64,000 bases of DNA from an uncultured Candidatus Saccharibacteria bacterium (GCA_964386905.1 CAYLUP010000001.1:109660-173659), one strand, 5' to 3'. Numbered from the stretch's first letter, positions 1-10,178 are shown. Numbers and translations are program-made. Notes: generated by a model not told the origin, from the letters alone.

Positions 1-175
1 TTCCGTGGATTCAATCGCATTCGCTAGAGCGCTCCTAAACGTTCCAAAAGGGGATGTGTCAAAAGTTGCATCAAGATTTGCTGGAATCGAGCATGTGACA
101 GCAACTTTACATCCATTCTGGAAACAATATTTTCCAAGTGCGGTTGATGATATTGATATTAAAATTGTTGAATAA
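1..175 (+). CDS. 3' end of an unidentified CDS (partial, runs off window); C-terminus ...SIAFARALLNVPKGDVSKVASRFAGIEHVTATLHPFWKQYFPSAVDDIDIKIVE*
   Basis: Open frame from window edge to TAA at 173-175, followed immediately by hairpin terminator; product not recognised. Confidence 0.4.
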   Translation, partial: SVDSIAFARALLNVPKGDVSKVASRFAGIEHVTATLHPFWKQYFPSAVDDIDIKIVE

Positions 176-200
176 AAAACACGCGTACGCGTGTTTTTTA
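176..200 (+). terminator. Rho-independent terminator (acacgcgtacgcgtgt palindrome + T-run)
   Basis: Perfect GC-rich palindrome flanked by A-run/T-run directly after stop codon. Confidence 0.7.
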
Positions 201-444
201 TTGTGAGAATATGTGAAATTTGTATTTCAAGAGCCGCTTCATCCCTTGTCACATTTGTGGTTTCAGATGAATCTGAATCCATGGTATACAAGCAGGGCTA
301 AAGCTCGCCGGCCGTGTGTTTCAAAAGTACTGATGAATCAGTACTGTGGCGCGACAACGGTGAACCCGGCTCCGCTTTTCTCATCCTCGATGGAGGAAAA
401 AGCAAACCACGAGAACGCTATCGCATTCTCGTGGTGCTTTTTTG

Positions 445-517
445 TCCCCCCTCGAGGACTCGAACCTCGGACCGTCTCGTTAAGAGCGAGCTGCTCTACC
501 AACTGAGCTAAGGAGGG
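445..517 (-). tRNA. tRNA-Lys (anticodon CTT)
   Basis: Hand-folded cloverleaf on minus strand: acceptor CCCTCCT/AGGGGGG (one G-U), D-arm GCTC-AGTTGGTA-GAGC, anticodon stem GCTCG/CGAGA loop CTCTTAA, T-arm CGAGG-TTCGAGT-CCTCG. Confidence 0.85.
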
Positions 518-589
518 ATAGGAGTATATTAGCAAAAGTACATAAAATTGCAAGAGAAAATGCCCACAACATATGTTGTGGGCAGATAT

Positions 590-1040
590 TTAGTCATCAC
601 CTCGCATGACTGAGTATTCAGATGGGGGGATGGAGATGAGGCGCTTTGTCGGCGTGAAGCCGTGCGAGTGAGCGCAGGTGTCGAGATCTTTACACCGCAT
701 GACACCGGTCGTCCGATTCGAACGAACTGGTCCACCGCAGAGTGCACATTTCTCGACCTTCTTGGGTTCCATGAGTCGGATGTCGGACGTCATGGATTCC
801 TTGTCATGAGACACGACGGTCCCGACACTGGACCCAAGTTCTTCCCTAAGTTTCTTGGACAGCATGACAAGCGTGCCGTCCGGAGTGCGAAGGGAAGGGG
901 GATTGAGAAGGTACTTCATATTGTTTAGCCTCAAAGGAGGGGTTGTTGTTGTGTGGCGAGTTGCCACGGTCCTTCGGGATTTTAACACTCCCTGCACATT
1001 TGTCAATTGTGTCATGAAGGAAAAGAACGCATGTACAGAA
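590..1040. other. GC-rich segment without convincing CDS; overlapping weak ORFs on both strands; possible structured RNA or decayed foreign gene
   Basis: Composition visibly GC-richer than flanks; only mutually overlapping 70-160 aa ORFs with no recognisable domains; lies between tRNA-Lys and tRNA-Cys; contains T-arm-like GTTCG-TTCGAAT-CGGAC on minus strand but no full tRNA/tmRNA/RNase P fold found by hand. Confidence 0.25.
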
Positions 1041-1085
1041 AGCAAAAATCCCTCATCGGGATTTTCTTGAGGCACGGGCGGGAAT
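1040..1085. repeat. Direct repeat copy of tRNA-Cys 3' end (about 18 nt) plus 28-nt downstream hairpin flank (second copy at 1244-1289 is the genuine tRNA 3' end)
   Basis: aaaaatccctcatcgggattttcttgaggcacgggcgggaattg occurs at 1040-1085 and 1244-1289; the first copy diverges after gggaattg so it is not a full tRNA. Confidence 0.8.
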
Positions 1086-1271
1086 TGGTGTCAGCTCACA
1101 GCAATATTTTCTTTCGTTGCACTCAGAAAATATTGTGTGGCTCCTACCCGAGCTCGCCAGTCCTCACTCGTAGACTCGCTGCGGACTTGGCTCCACTTTT
1201 CAATTCCCGACGAAAGCACCTAATTGAGGTGCTTTCTCCCGTGCAAAAAATCCCTCATCGGGATTTTCTTG

Positions 1272-1343
1272 AGGCACGGGCGGGAATTGAACCCGCGCAT
1301 GGCGGTTTTGCAGACCGCAGCGTTACCACTTCGCCACCGTGCC
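1272..1343 (-). tRNA. tRNA-Cys (anticodon GCA)
   Basis: Minus-strand cloverleaf: acceptor GGCACGG/CCGTGCC, anticodon stem GCGGT/ACCGC loop CTGCAAA, T-arm GCGGG-TTCAATT-CCCGC. Confidence 0.85.
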
Positions 1344-1439
1344 GTGAGAACACTATAGCAGGATTCACAAGAATTGGCAAAGAATTTTACGAGTAACAGT
1401 GCTTTTCAAAACTGCAATTTTCATGTACGATTGCACTAC

Positions 1440-1523
1440 GCCCGGGTGGCGTAATGGTAGCCGCAGGAGACTTAAAATCTCCCGTCATTATATGACGTGC
1501 GGGTTCGAGTCCCGCCCCGGGCA
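1440..1523 (+). tRNA. tRNA-Leu (anticodon TAA), class II with long variable arm
   Basis: Acceptor GCCCGGG/CCCGGGC, D-arm GGCGTAATGGTAGCC, anticodon stem GGAGA/TCTCC loop CTTAAAA, variable hairpin CGTCATTATATGACG, T-arm GCGGG-TTCGAGT-CCCGC. Confidence 0.9.
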
Positions 1524-1525
1524 CA

Positions 1526-1556
1526 TAAAAAGAGCAAGTCTTCTTGCTCTTTTTTG
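1526..1556 (+). terminator. Rho-independent terminator after tRNA-Leu (aagagcaagtcttcttgctctt + T6)
   Basis: Stable hairpin followed by T-run; same element recurs at end of each downstream repeat unit. Confidence 0.7.
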
Positions 1557-1927
1557 TACACGGGGAAGAAGCAAACTGCTTTGCTTCTGTCGGGACTCGA
1601 AGCCACGGAGCATGTCGCTTGCGACGGCGAGTGGCCGACCGAGAACACGAGATATGTTCGAGTGTGCGAAGAACATATCCGTGATTCTGGGTCGAGTCCC
1701 GCCCCGGGCACATAAAAAGAGCAAGTCTTCTTGCTCTTTTTTGTACACGGGGAAGAAGCAAACTGCTTTGCTTCTGTCGGGACTCGAAGCCACGGAGCAT
1801 GTCGCTTGCGACGGCGAGTGGCCGACCGAGAACACGAGATATGTTCGAGTGTGCGAAGAACATATCCGTGATTCTGGGTCGAGTCCCGCCCCGGGCACAT
1901 AAAAAGAGCAAGTCTTCTTGCTCTTTT
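1556..1927 (+). repeat. Perfect tandem duplication, 2 x 186 bp; each unit is hairpin-rich and ends in a copy of the tRNA-Leu 3' T-arm/acceptor (tctgggtcgagtcccgccccgggca) plus the terminator hairpin
   Basis: Unit 1556-1741 is identical by eye to 1742-1927; last ~58 nt of each unit match tRNA-Leu 3' end + terminator at 1499-1556. Confidence 0.85.
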
Positions 1928-1932
1928 TATGT

Positions 1933-2271
1933 TTACTGATGGTCGAGGAGTTCGTCTACTCTCTGCCTATTGTATTCTCCTTCATCTGCAACAAATGAGA
2001 CAAACGGGATGATATGAAGGCGTGTTTTTTCTTTGAGAAGATCTCGGAAGTCGTCTTTGTGTCTGTTCAGAAAATCAATTGCACCGTGTTCAGCTGTTCG
2101 TGGAAATACGGAAAGCAGAATATTTGCATGCTTTAGATCTCTTGAGAGTTCAATGCGTGTGACAGTAAGAAGTGATTGCCGATTTGAGTGCCTTGCAACG
2201 AATTGGGCTGCCATTTCTTTTAAGAGGTGCTCTGCACGTTCGTCTTTTATTTTTGCAATTCTATCATTCAT
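1933..2271 (-). CDS. rbfA: Ribosome-binding factor A
   Basis: ORF product MNDRIAKIKDERAEHLLKEMAAQFV... RbfA-like size and KH-like profile; start chosen at Met immediately after infB stop (ORF extends to 2340 but would overlap infB by 68 nt). Confidence 0.6.
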   Translation of the reverse strand: MNDRIAKIKDERAEHLLKEMAAQFVARHSNRQSLLTVTRIELSRDLKHANILLSVFPRTAEHGAIDFLNRHKDDFRDLLKEKTRLHIIPFVSFVADEGEYNRQRVDELLDHQ

Positions 2272-2272
2272 A

Positions 2273-3754
2273 TTATTGCTTTTTCTCGATAATAAATGGA
2301 ACGAGAACATCTCTTTCTGCGATAGTAAAACGAGATTCAACCATCAAACCACATTCATTTCCTTCCGTAACTTCTTGAGATTTCATTTTTTGCTGTTGGA
2401 GCTCGAGTATTTTTCCTTCGCCAATTTCTATTCCTTTTCTTAGGATGGTGAAACGTGTATCTTTGATGATTTTTCCTGACTCAACATGGCCACCAAGCAC
2501 CTGTTTGTCTTTTTGTTGAGAAAAGAATCGCAGAATACGGAGTTCGCCGAGTGGAGTTTTTACTTCAATGTGTGGTGCTCGTTCACGTACAAGGTCATCT
2601 ATAAACTCAGTAAGTTTATAGATGATTGTGAAATCATGTATGTTTACATTATTTCGAGTGACAAGGTCCTGTGCAAGCGCATCGTGCTTTACGTTGAATG
2701 CAAGGATTACCGCATTTTCTGATCCAATTGCAAGCTTGACATCATTTTCGGTGACAGCGCCGACCCCTTTTGAAATGATTCTGAGCAAAACGCGAGGGTG
2801 AGTAATTTTAAGGAGCTCTCCTTCAATAGCTTCAAGCGTTCCCGCAACGTCTGCGCGAATGATCACGGGAATGATGACACAGCGCTCATCGTCAGATTGT
2901 TGTTGCATTGATACACACAGAGGGGAATCAGAATCAATAAAACATTCTGCTTCTTTTTTTGAATCAACTGTTGTGACTCGTGCTCCAATTTTTGGCACCG
3001 ACGTCCACCCGGTTATGCGTACAGGTGATGAGAAGGATGCGGACTCAACCGGTTTACCCTGGAAGTTTTCAATAATACGAAGTGGAGCATATGAGCCATC
3101 GCAGACAATGAATTGTCCTTTTCGGACAGTTCCGTTTGTAATAACAAGTGTTGCTGTTGCTCCTTTTTTTGGATCCATTTTGGACTCAATAATGACGCCA
3201 TCAAGAGGTGAAGATGCGTCTCCTGTTAATCCTTCAAGCTCTGCGGTAAGAAGAAGGAGGTCGAGAAGAGCATCAACTCCTTCTCCTGTTTTTGCAGATA
3301 GGAGTACGTAGGAAATATTTCCACCGTATCCTTCGACAAAAATATCAGCCTCTGCGAGTGATTGTTTTGTTCTTTCTGGATTCGCATTCGGCTTATCAAT
3401 CTTATTGATTGCAACGATGAAAGGAATATGTGCTTCTTTTATTGCTTGATATGCTTCAATGGTTTGCGCTTTAACACCATCTTCTGCTGAAACTACAAGC
3501 ACTGCGATATCCGCAACTTTTGCACCACGCGCACGCATTCCAGTGAATGCTTGGTGGCCTGGAGTATCGAGGAAGGTAATGCGCTTTGATCCGCCGTCAC
3601 CAGTCTTATGCTCAACTTCATACGCACTTATGTGCTGGGTGATCCCGCCTGCTTCAGTGGCAACAATATTCGTATGACGAATATAATCGAGAAGAGTAGA
3701 CTTCCCGTGATCAACGTGGCCCATAATAACGATAATTGGTGATCTCTCAGACAT
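2273..3754 (-). CDS. infB: Translation initiation factor IF-2 (short form beginning at the G domain)
   Basis: N-terminus [16 protein letters not shown] (G1), DTPGH (G3), NKID (G4); 493 aa, lacks the long N-terminal region of typical bacterial IF2. Confidence 0.9.
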   Translation of the reverse strand: MSERSPIIVIMGHVDHGKSTLLDYIRHTNIVATEAGGITQHISAYEVEHKTGDGGSKRITFLDTPGHQAFTGMRARGAKVADIAVLVVSAEDGVKAQTIEAYQAIKEAHIPFIVAINKIDKPNANPERTKQSLAEADIFVEGYGGNISYVLLSAKTGEGVDALLDLLLLTAELEGLTGDASSPLDGVIIESKMDPKKGATATLVITNGTVRKGQFIVCDGSYAPLRIIENFQGKPVESASFSSPVRITGWTSVPKIGARVTTVDSKKEAECFIDSDSPLCVSMQQQSDDERCVIIPVIIRADVAGTLEAIEGELLKITHPRVLLRIISKGVGAVTENDVKLAIGSENAVILAFNVKHDALAQDLVTRNNVNIHDFTIIYKLTEFIDDLVRERAPHIEVKTPLGELRILRFFSQQKDKQVLGGHVESGKIIKDTRFTILRKGIEIGEGKILELQQQKMKSQEVTEGNECGLMVESRFTIAERDVLVPFIIEKKQ

Positions 3755-3843
3755 AAAAAAGCGCGTTAGCGGAATAATGACAATATTTTCAAACTACCAC
3801 AAAATATGATATTCGTCTATAAAAAAATAAGCATACTTCATGC

Positions 3844-4293
3844 TTATTCTTTCTCGATAACACAGCGTTCTTCTTCCGTGAGCTCAATGTCAGATTCACG
3901 TCCTGTAACAGGTTTTGCGTACATGCTGACTTTTTCTCTGGTATATAGAGAGGAGATCACTGCTCCATTCCCGTGTTCATCGAGGAATGCAGCTGCAAAG
4001 CTGTGATTTCCACCAGTGCCTGTGTTTTGAAACGGATTAAACCTTTTCAAGACAACACCATGGAGTTTCTTCTGCATGCGAAGATCCAGCTTGTTGAGTT
4101 CTATTCGCATATTATCTTGGAATTCTTTAAATGACTCAATGTCTTCTTGATTTTTGAGGATAATGTGTTCCAGGGAAGTTGCACTGTTCCCAGATAGTAG
4201 GGTGGAAATCTTTTTCTCTAAGAGAATGACCCATATGGTTAAGACAATGACTGACGTCGATAGAAGTCCTATTGCAATGACGGTGTAATGCAT
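3844..4293 (-). CDS. Membrane protein, DUF4446-like (N-terminal TM, conserved RFNPFQNTGTGGNHSF segment)
   Basis: Single N-terminal TM helix then coiled-coil-like region; motif recalls DUF4446 family; start set at Met19 (MHYTVIAIGLL). Confidence 0.45.
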   Translation of the reverse strand: MHYTVIAIGLLSTSVIVLTIWVILLEKKISTLLSGNSATSLEHIILKNQEDIESFKEFQDNMRIELNKLDLRMQKKLHGVVLKRFNPFQNTGTGGNHSFAAAFLDEHGNGAVISSLYTREKVSMYAKPVTGRESDIELTEEERCVIEKE

Positions 4294-4356
4294 GCATGTA
4301 TCATACTGTACGAGTGGGCACTTTTGCAAATCGAAAACGTGTGGCAAAATAGTGGT

Positions 4357-5589
4357 ATGAAACGAACGTACCTTGATTATGCAGCTTCAACCCCACTTGA
4401 TAGCCATGTTGCTGAAATTATGCTTCCTCTTATGACTGTGAGCTATGGAAACCCTTCGGCAATTCACTTTGATGGTATGCTCGCAAAACGAGCTATTGAC
4501 GGAGCGCGTGAGAAAATTGGCAATGTGCTTGGCGTCTCGAAAACGACATGCGTGTTTACTGCATCGGCAACAGAATCTATAGGCCTTGCGCTCCTTGGTA
4601 CCATTGCATACTGGAAGCATATTCATTCAGGAGAGACTCCAGAGATCCTTCTGTCTCCTATTGAACATGAAGCTGTGCGTGCATACGCACGTGCCCTTGA
4701 AAAACAAGGGGTGATTGTTCGTTATCTTCCAGTGAGTGAGGATGGCGTTATATCTCCAAGAGAGGTTTTTGATCGTCTTACTCCAAACACTGTGCTTGTG
4801 AGTGTTGGTTTGGTAAATAACGAAATAGGAACAATCCAACCTATTTCGGAAATTGCCAGAGAGATCCGCCGATACAAAAAGCTCATTCGTGGAGTAACAA
4901 GAGATAAGAGTCCAATTGGAGACGATGTCTACCCACTTCTTCATACTGACGCAACTCAAGCAGTGAATTATCATGACATGAATATCCCTCGTCTTGGGGT
5001 CGACTTGCTTTCTTGTAACGGAGCAAAAATTTATGGTCCGAAAGGTATCGGTTTGCTCTATCGGGGGACTCATGTGCATATTGAATCACATCTGGTTGGT
5101 GGTGGGCAAGAATTTGGGTTGCGCTCCGGAACAGAAGATACAGCTTCAATAGTAGGGTTTGCAGAGGCGATTGTTCGTGCGCAACAGGCTGCACTTGACG
5201 AAACTGTTCGTATTCTTCCAATAAGGGAACACCTTTTTTCTTTGTTGCATGATGTGGCTTCTTCTCTCCGCATCTCAATGCGCGTCAATGGACCACGTGG
5301 AGATTGTCGAGTTGTAAATAACGTTCATGTGTCATTTGATGGCGTCGACCATGAATATCTTGTTATTTTATTGGACAATGAAGGCTTCTCGCTTTCGACG
5401 AAAAGTGCGTGTGATGAGCGAAAAAGCGAAGAATCTTTCGTGCTTTCAACGCTCTCTGAATATTCAGCTGCCCCCAGACCGCTTTCGGGTATTCGTGTTA
5501 CCATGGGGAAGCATACCCTTCCTTCTGATATTGATGCATTTGCTGGGGCGTTGCGCAAAGTGCTTCCATTAGCACAACATACAATTTAA
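4357..5589 (+). CDS. Cysteine desulfurase / class V aminotransferase (NifS/IscS family)
   Basis: MKRTYLDYAASTPLD start, PLP-lysine context SCNGAKIYGPKGIGLLY; start chosen at MKRTY rather than upstream ORF start 4288. Confidence 0.8.
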   Translation: MKRTYLDYAASTPLDSHVAEIMLPLMTVSYGNPSAIHFDGMLAKRAIDGAREKIGNVLGVSKTTCVFTASATESIGLALLGTIAYWKHIHSGETPEILLSPIEHEAVRAYARALEKQGVIVRYLPVSEDGVISPREVFDRLTPNTVLVSVGLVNNEIGTIQPISEIAREIRRYKKLIRGVTRDKSPIGDDVYPLLHTDATQAVNYHDMNIPRLGVDLLSCNGAKIYGPKGIGLLYRGTHVHIESHLVGGGQEFGLRSGTEDTASIVGFAEAIVRAQQAALDETVRILPIREHLFSLLHDVASSLRISMRVNGPRGDCRVVNNVHVSFDGVDHEYLVILLDNEGFSLSTKSACDERKSEESFVLSTLSEYSAAPRPLSGIRVTMGKHTLPSDIDAFAGALRKVLPLAQHTI

Positions 5590-5599
5590 TTTTCATTTT

Positions 5600-6196
5600 A
5601 TGCATTACGAACCAAAAAATTTTACACATCTTCTCGGTATGAGTGGTTTTTCTGATGAACTCCTTCAAAATCACTTTACGCTGTATGAAGGTTATGTAAA
5701 AAACACGAATACACTCCAAGAGAAATTGCAAAACTTCCCACTTGATGAAACCCCACTTGTTGAACGATCGGAGTTGCAGCGACGATTTGGTTGGGAGTAT
5801 AACGGCATGAAACTCCATGAATACTATTTTGAAAACATGACTCAAAATGAGGGCACCCTTCCATCAACAGAACTCACCAATCATATTGCACATCATTTTG
5901 GTTCATTTGAACGCTGGAAACGCGATTTTGTCCAAATTGGTATGATGAGGGGAATTGGTTGGGTTCTTTTGGCCTGTGATGATGCTGGAGTTTTTCGAAA
6001 CACCTGGGTTAGTGAACATGATGGTGGACTTTTGGTGTCTCACAAGCCAGTGTTCGTGATGGACGTGTTTGAGCACAGTTATATACGAGAGTACGGTCTA
6101 AAAAAGGCCTCGTATATTGATGCGTTTTTTTCACATGCCAATTGGCACGTAGTTGAACAAAGAATTTCAAACGCATTGACTAAGACTGAAATATAG
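5600..6196 (+). CDS. sodA: Superoxide dismutase (Fe/Mn family)
   Basis: N-terminal helical-hairpin domain and C-terminal DVFEHSY (DVWEHAYY-type) motif; four metal-ligand positions alignable. Confidence 0.75.
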   Translation: MHYEPKNFTHLLGMSGFSDELLQNHFTLYEGYVKNTNTLQEKLQNFPLDETPLVERSELQRRFGWEYNGMKLHEYYFENMTQNEGTLPSTELTNHIAHHFGSFERWKRDFVQIGMMRGIGWVLLACDDAGVFRNTWVSEHDGGLLVSHKPVFVMDVFEHSYIREYGLKKASYIDAFFSHANWHVVEQRISNALTKTEI

Positions 6197-6225
6197 TGTA
6201 TTATATTCTATAATTTTTTTGACAT

Positions 6226-8922
6226 ATGCCTCCATTTCAGAATTTTACCGCAAAAGCAAGAGATGCAATTCGTAGAGCGCATGAACTTGCAATAGAAAGG
6301 GAACAGACACATGTGACGCCAATGCACTTGCTGGCTGGTCTTTTGCTGCAAGAAGAAAGCATGATTCTTTCAATAATTGAAAAAATGGAAGTCGATGGTT
6401 CTGCTTTTACTGAACAGGTTATTGAAAAAATTGATGATGGGGGAGAGCGTGTTGGAGGAACAGCAGCATCATATCAGCTTTACCTTACTGCCGAGCTTGC
6501 GCAAGTTCTTGAGGCCTCACAGTCTATTGGACTCGAGTTAAAGGATGAGTTTATTTCTACTGAGCACTTATTGCTTGCTTTGCTTTTTGTCCCATCTCCA
6601 GCACAGAACATACTTGAGTCACACAAGATTTCAAAGGACAAGGTGCTGGTTGCTTTGAAACAAATAAAGGATGCAGAGCAGCAAGGGGGTGCTCATCAAG
6701 ACGGTGCAAACACAAAACAACGTGCAATTTCGAAGTATACGCGATCATTAACTAAACTTGCCGAAGAAGATAAATTAGATCCGGTAATTGGTCGTGATGA
6801 AGAGATTGGTAGACTGATCCAGATACTTTCCCGTAGAACAAAAAATAATCCTATTCTCATTGGTGAAGCAGGCACGGGAAAGACTGCTGTTGTTGAGGGG
6901 CTTGCACAGCGCATAGCAAAGGGGGATATCCCTGAGTTTTTACGTGGAAAAGATCTCGTATCTCTTGATCTTGGCTTGTTGATTGCAGGAACAAAATATC
7001 GAGGTGAGTTCGAGGAGCGCTTGAAAGCAATTATGAAAGAGGTTGAGCGTTCAGAGGGAAAAATTATCCTCTTTATCGACGAGATTCATACGATTGTTGG
7101 AGCAGGTGCTGCTGAAGGGTCGATGGATGCTTCAAATATGCTAAAACCCGCTCTTGCGCGCGGAGAGCTTCGCGCGATAGGCGCAACGACAATAAAAGAA
7201 TACCAAAAGCACATCGAAAAGGACCCCGCACTCACGCGCCGCTTTCAACCGGTATATGTTTCAGAGCCATCAATCGAAGATGCGGTTGCAATTCTTCGTG
7301 GGTTAAAGGAGAAATATGAAATATTCCATGGTGTTAAAATTACAGATGATGCGATTCTTGCAGCAGTGAATTTGTCCTCACGATATATTACAGATCGTTC
7401 ACTTCCAGATAAAGCAGTCGACCTGATTGATGAGGCTGCGTCAGCATTGCGCATTGAATTGGAAAACAAGCCTGCGCTCCTTGAACAAGCACACCGTAAA
7501 ATCATGCGCTTAGAAATCGAAAATGAAGCTTTAAAGCATGAAGCAGAAGGCGAAGGAGAAAGCGCAAAGAAAGCAACTGCTCGGATGAAGGTTATCGAGC
7601 GTGAAATTGCGGATCTTCGTGAAGAGACACGCGAGTTTGAGCTTAAGTGGAAAAACGAAAAAGGTCTCGTCGTTGATCTTAAAAATATTAAAAAAGAGCT
7701 TGAGTCTTTGCGAGTGGAAGCAGAGAATGCTGAACTCAAAAGTGATTTATCTAAGGCAGCGGAAATTCGCTACGGACGAATTCCCCTTTTGACGAAGCAG
7801 CTTGAAGAGAAAACAGGTAAGCTGAAAAAGTTGCAATCATCTCGTCGCATTCTCCATGAAGAAGTTGGCGAGCAGGATATTGCAAAGGTGGTGGCACGTT
7901 GGACCGGAGTTCCTGTTTCGCGCATGCTTGAAGAAGAGGTTGCAAAACTTGCACGAATGGAAGATGAGCTTCGAACGCGTGTTGTTGGACAAGATGATGC
8001 AATCGCAAAAATTGCGAATGCTGTACGACGTTCGCGTGTTGGAATTGGTGACCCACATCGCCCCATTGGCTCATTTCTATTTCTCGGCCCAACCGGAGTT
8101 GGAAAGACTGAATTGACAAAGGCGCTTGCAGCATTTCTTTTTGATGACGAAAAGGCGCTTATCCGGGTTGACATGTCTGAATTTATGGAAAAGCATGCCG
8201 TATCAAAACTCGTCGGGGCTCCTCCTGGATATGTTGGTCATGAGGAAGCTGGCTCATTGACAGAATCTGTCCGTCACCGTCCGTATTCGGTTGTGCTCTT
8301 TGACGAAGTAGAAAAAGCACATCCAGAAGTCTTTAATATACTTCTTCAAGTACTTGATGACGGACGTCTTACGGACGCAAAAGGCCGTGTAGTGAATTTT
8401 AAAAATACGGTTATTGTCATGACTTCAAATATAGGTTCCGAGTTTATCGACAGAATGCAGAGTATTGGCTTTGGGACTGGTGATATCAGCGTCGACGCCG
8501 AATACGCACGAACGAAGGAGAAGGTTATTGAGCATCTTAAAGACTATTTCCGACCTGAATTTATTAACCGACTGGATGAAATTATCAATTTTGATATTCT
8601 TTCTCCTGAAGTTGTTCGAAATATTGTTGATGTACAGATTGGGCGTGTCGCGGAGAGGTTGTCGCATAAAGAAATTTCTTTAATTGTAACGACAGATGCT
8701 CTTGAAAAGCTTGGGAAGGAAGGATACAATCCTCAGTTTGGAGCTCGTCCGCTTCGAAGGCTCATTCAAGAGAAAATTCTTAATCCAGTTGCAAATGCAA
8801 TGATTAAGGAGCGTCTGCTTACCCATGCAACCGTTTCCGTGTCTGTGAAAAACGATGATTTTGTTGTGAAAGTAGAAAAAAAGAAAGGACTTGGTCGAAC
8901 AAAAAAAGTTCGAACGTCATAA
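6226..8922 (+). CDS. clpB: Chaperone ClpB (Hsp100 disaggregase)
   Basis: Two AAA+ modules (GEAGTGKT and GPTGVGKT Walker A; DEIH/DEVEKAH Walker B) separated by long coiled-coil M-domain; Clp N-domain repeats at N-terminus. Confidence 0.95.
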   Translation: MPPFQNFTAKARDAIRRAHELAIEREQTHVTPMHLLAGLLLQEESMILSIIEKMEVDGSAFTEQVIEKIDDGGERVGGTAASYQLYLTAELAQVLEASQSIGLELKDEFISTEHLLLALLFVPSPAQNILESHKISKDKVLVALKQIKDAEQQGGAHQDGANTKQRAISKYTRSLTKLAEEDKLDPVIGRDEEIGRLIQILSRRTKNNPILIGEAGTGKTAVVEGLAQRIAKGDIPEFLRGKDLVSLDLGLLIAGTKYRGEFEERLKAIMKEVERSEGKIILFIDEIHTIVGAGAAEGSMDASNMLKPALARGELRAIGATTIKEYQKHIEKDPALTRRFQPVYVSEPSIEDAVAILRGLKEKYEIFHGVKITDDAILAAVNLSSRYITDRSLPDKAVDLIDEAASALRIELENKPALLEQAHRKIMRLEIENEALKHEAEGEGESAKKATARMKVIEREIADLREETREFELKWKNEKGLVVDLKNIKKELESLRVEAENAELKSDLSKAAEIRYGRIPLLTKQLEEKTGKLKKLQSSRRILHEEVGEQDIAKVVARWTGVPVSRMLEEEVAKLARMEDELRTRVVGQDDAIAKIANAVRRSRVGIGDPHRPIGSFLFLGPTGVGKTELTKALAAFLFDDEKALIRVDMSEFMEKHAVSKLVGAPPGYVGHEEAGSLTESVRHRPYSVVLFDEVEKAHPEVFNILLQVLDDGRLTDAKGRVVNFKNTVIVMTSNIGSEFIDRMQSIGFGTGDISVDAEYARTKEKVIEHLKDYFRPEFINRLDEIINFDILSPEVVRNIVDVQIGRVAERLSHKEISLIVTTDALEKLGKEGYNPQFGARPLRRLIQEKILNPVANAMIKERLLTHATVSVSVKNDDFVVKVEKKKGLGRTKKVRTS

Positions 8923-9016
8923 AGACACCCATAGGGTGTTTTTATGTTGATGGTAATAACTCAGCGGTGCAGGTGTATTCCAGAGAGATCAGAAGGCGAA
9001 ACAATGGAGGGGGTTG

Positions 9017-9087
9017 TCGGGATACCGAGAATCGAACTCGAGCATCACGCACCCGAAACGTGCATACTTCCACTATATTATATCCCG
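9017..9087 (-). tRNA. tRNA-Pro (anticodon CGG)
   Basis: Minus-strand fold: acceptor CGGGATA/TATCCCG, anticodon stem CACGT/GCGTG loop TTCGGGT (G37), T-arm TCGAG-TTCGATT-CTCGG. Confidence 0.75.
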
Positions 9088-9158
9088 TTCAATGTGTATT
9101 TTACAAAAACTCTATATGTAAGTAACGGAATGTACATTTTATGAAAAACATGTTATAA

Positions 9159-10178
9159 TTGAAGCCATTTATGTCTACTTTTTGGAATACATTACCACGT
9201 CCATTCTTTGCTGTTGCTCCAATGGCAGACGTCACTGATCCAGCATTTCGTCGAATGTTTTCTCGATATGGAAAACCAGATGTCATGTGGACAGAATTTG
9301 TATCTGCTGATGGCTTGATGAGTGCTGGACGAGACGTTCTTCTTCGTGATCTCCGTTACGTTGAAGAGGAGCGTCCTATCGTTGCACAAATTTTTAGTAG
9401 TACACCAGAACACATTGAAAAGACGGCGGCACTCATACTTGAACTTGGTTTTGATGGTGTCGATATCAACATGGGGTGTCCAGATAAGAATGTTGAGAAA
9501 CAAGGTGCGGGAGCATTTCTGATAAAGAATCCGACCCTTGCACAGGAGATTATTGCTGCAGCAAAACAAGGAGCAAGAAAAAACGAGAAACATATTTCTG
9601 TTTCTGTAAAAACACGAGTTGGATACAATACAATAGAGGTTGATTCATGGATTCCAAAAATTCTCGAATCACGCCCTGATGCATTGACAATTCATGCACG
9701 TACGCGAAAAGAGATGTCTCTTGTTCCTGCTCGATGGGAGCATGTTGGAGAAGTCGTATCGATGGCAAAGGGGAGTGGAATTCCCATTATTGGAAATGGA
9801 GATGTGGTGAGTCGTGAAGATGGTATCCTCCGTGCGCAAGCATCAGGTGCAGACGGAGTTATGGTGGGTAGGGGGATTTTTGGAAATCCGTGGTTTTTTA
9901 ATCCACATATATCCATAAATAACATAACCATACGACAAAGGCTTGAGGTTATGCTGGAGCACACACGGCTGTTTCTTGAACTCAACGAAGGGAGGAAGAG
10001 TTTTGCGGTCATGAAGAAACATTATAAGGCATATGTTCATGGTTTTGATTGTGCGAAAGATCTTCGTATACTTCTTATGAACGCAGATACTCTGGATGAA
10101 ATTGAACATCATGTTTTTACGTTTATTCGTGAGCATGATGATATTGTTTCGCTGACGCCAGGTGCATTTGTGCAATAA
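9159..10178 (+). CDS. dus: tRNA-dihydrouridine synthase
   Basis: FAVAPMADVTDPAFR... TIM-barrel Dus signature, catalytic Cys in INMGCP. Confidence 0.9.
   Translation: MKPFMSTFWNTLPRPFFAVAPMADVTDPAFRRMFSRYGKPDVMWTEFVSADGLMSAGRDVLLRDLRYVEEERPIVAQIFSSTPEHIEKTAALILELGFDGVDINMGCPDKNVEKQGAGAFLIKNPTLAQEIIAAAKQGARKNEKHISVSVKTRVGYNTIEVDSWIPKILESRPDALTIHARTRKEMSLVPARWEHVGEVVSMAKGSGIPIIGNGDVVSREDGILRAQASGADGVMVGRGIFGNPWFFNPHISINNITIRQRLEVMLEHTRLFLELNEGRKSFAVMKKHYKAYVHGFDCAKDLRILLMNADTLDEIEHHVFTFIREHDDIVSLTPGAFVQ

Noticed and set aside
590-1075. tmRNA (ssrA) or RNase P RNA gene in the GC-rich stretch between tRNA-Lys and tRNA-Cys
   Set aside because: A T-arm-like element exists on the minus strand, but I could not find the tmRNA 5' GGGG...UUCGAC acceptor partner, a resume codon/tag ORF ending in AA-stop, or RNase P P4 consensus (AGGAAAGUCCGG / ACAGAA-CCGGCUUA). 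Left as an unassigned region rather than called.
1387-1911. Overlapping 136-174-aa ORFs on both strands across the tRNA-Leu repeat region
   Set aside because: They span a tRNA gene and perfect tandem repeats. The reading frames are created by the repeat itself and have no start signals or protein-like composition.
1556-1927. Possible CRISPR array (regularly spaced identical sequence)
   Set aside because: Only two long (186-bp) identical units with no short repeat/unique spacer alternation and no cas genes. It is a tandem duplication, not CRISPR.
5600-6196. Suspected loss of metal ligands in the superoxide dismutase (QNHF instead of HHxKHH)
   Set aside because: On aligning by eye to SodA, all four ligand positions (His in QNHF, His in MKLHEYY, Asp and His in DVFEHSY) are still present. 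Nothing unusual.
7245-8174. Minus-strand ORFs of 127-164 aa inside clpB
   Set aside because: Embedded antisense in a highly conserved ClpB coding region. Ser/Arg-rich translations with no motifs.
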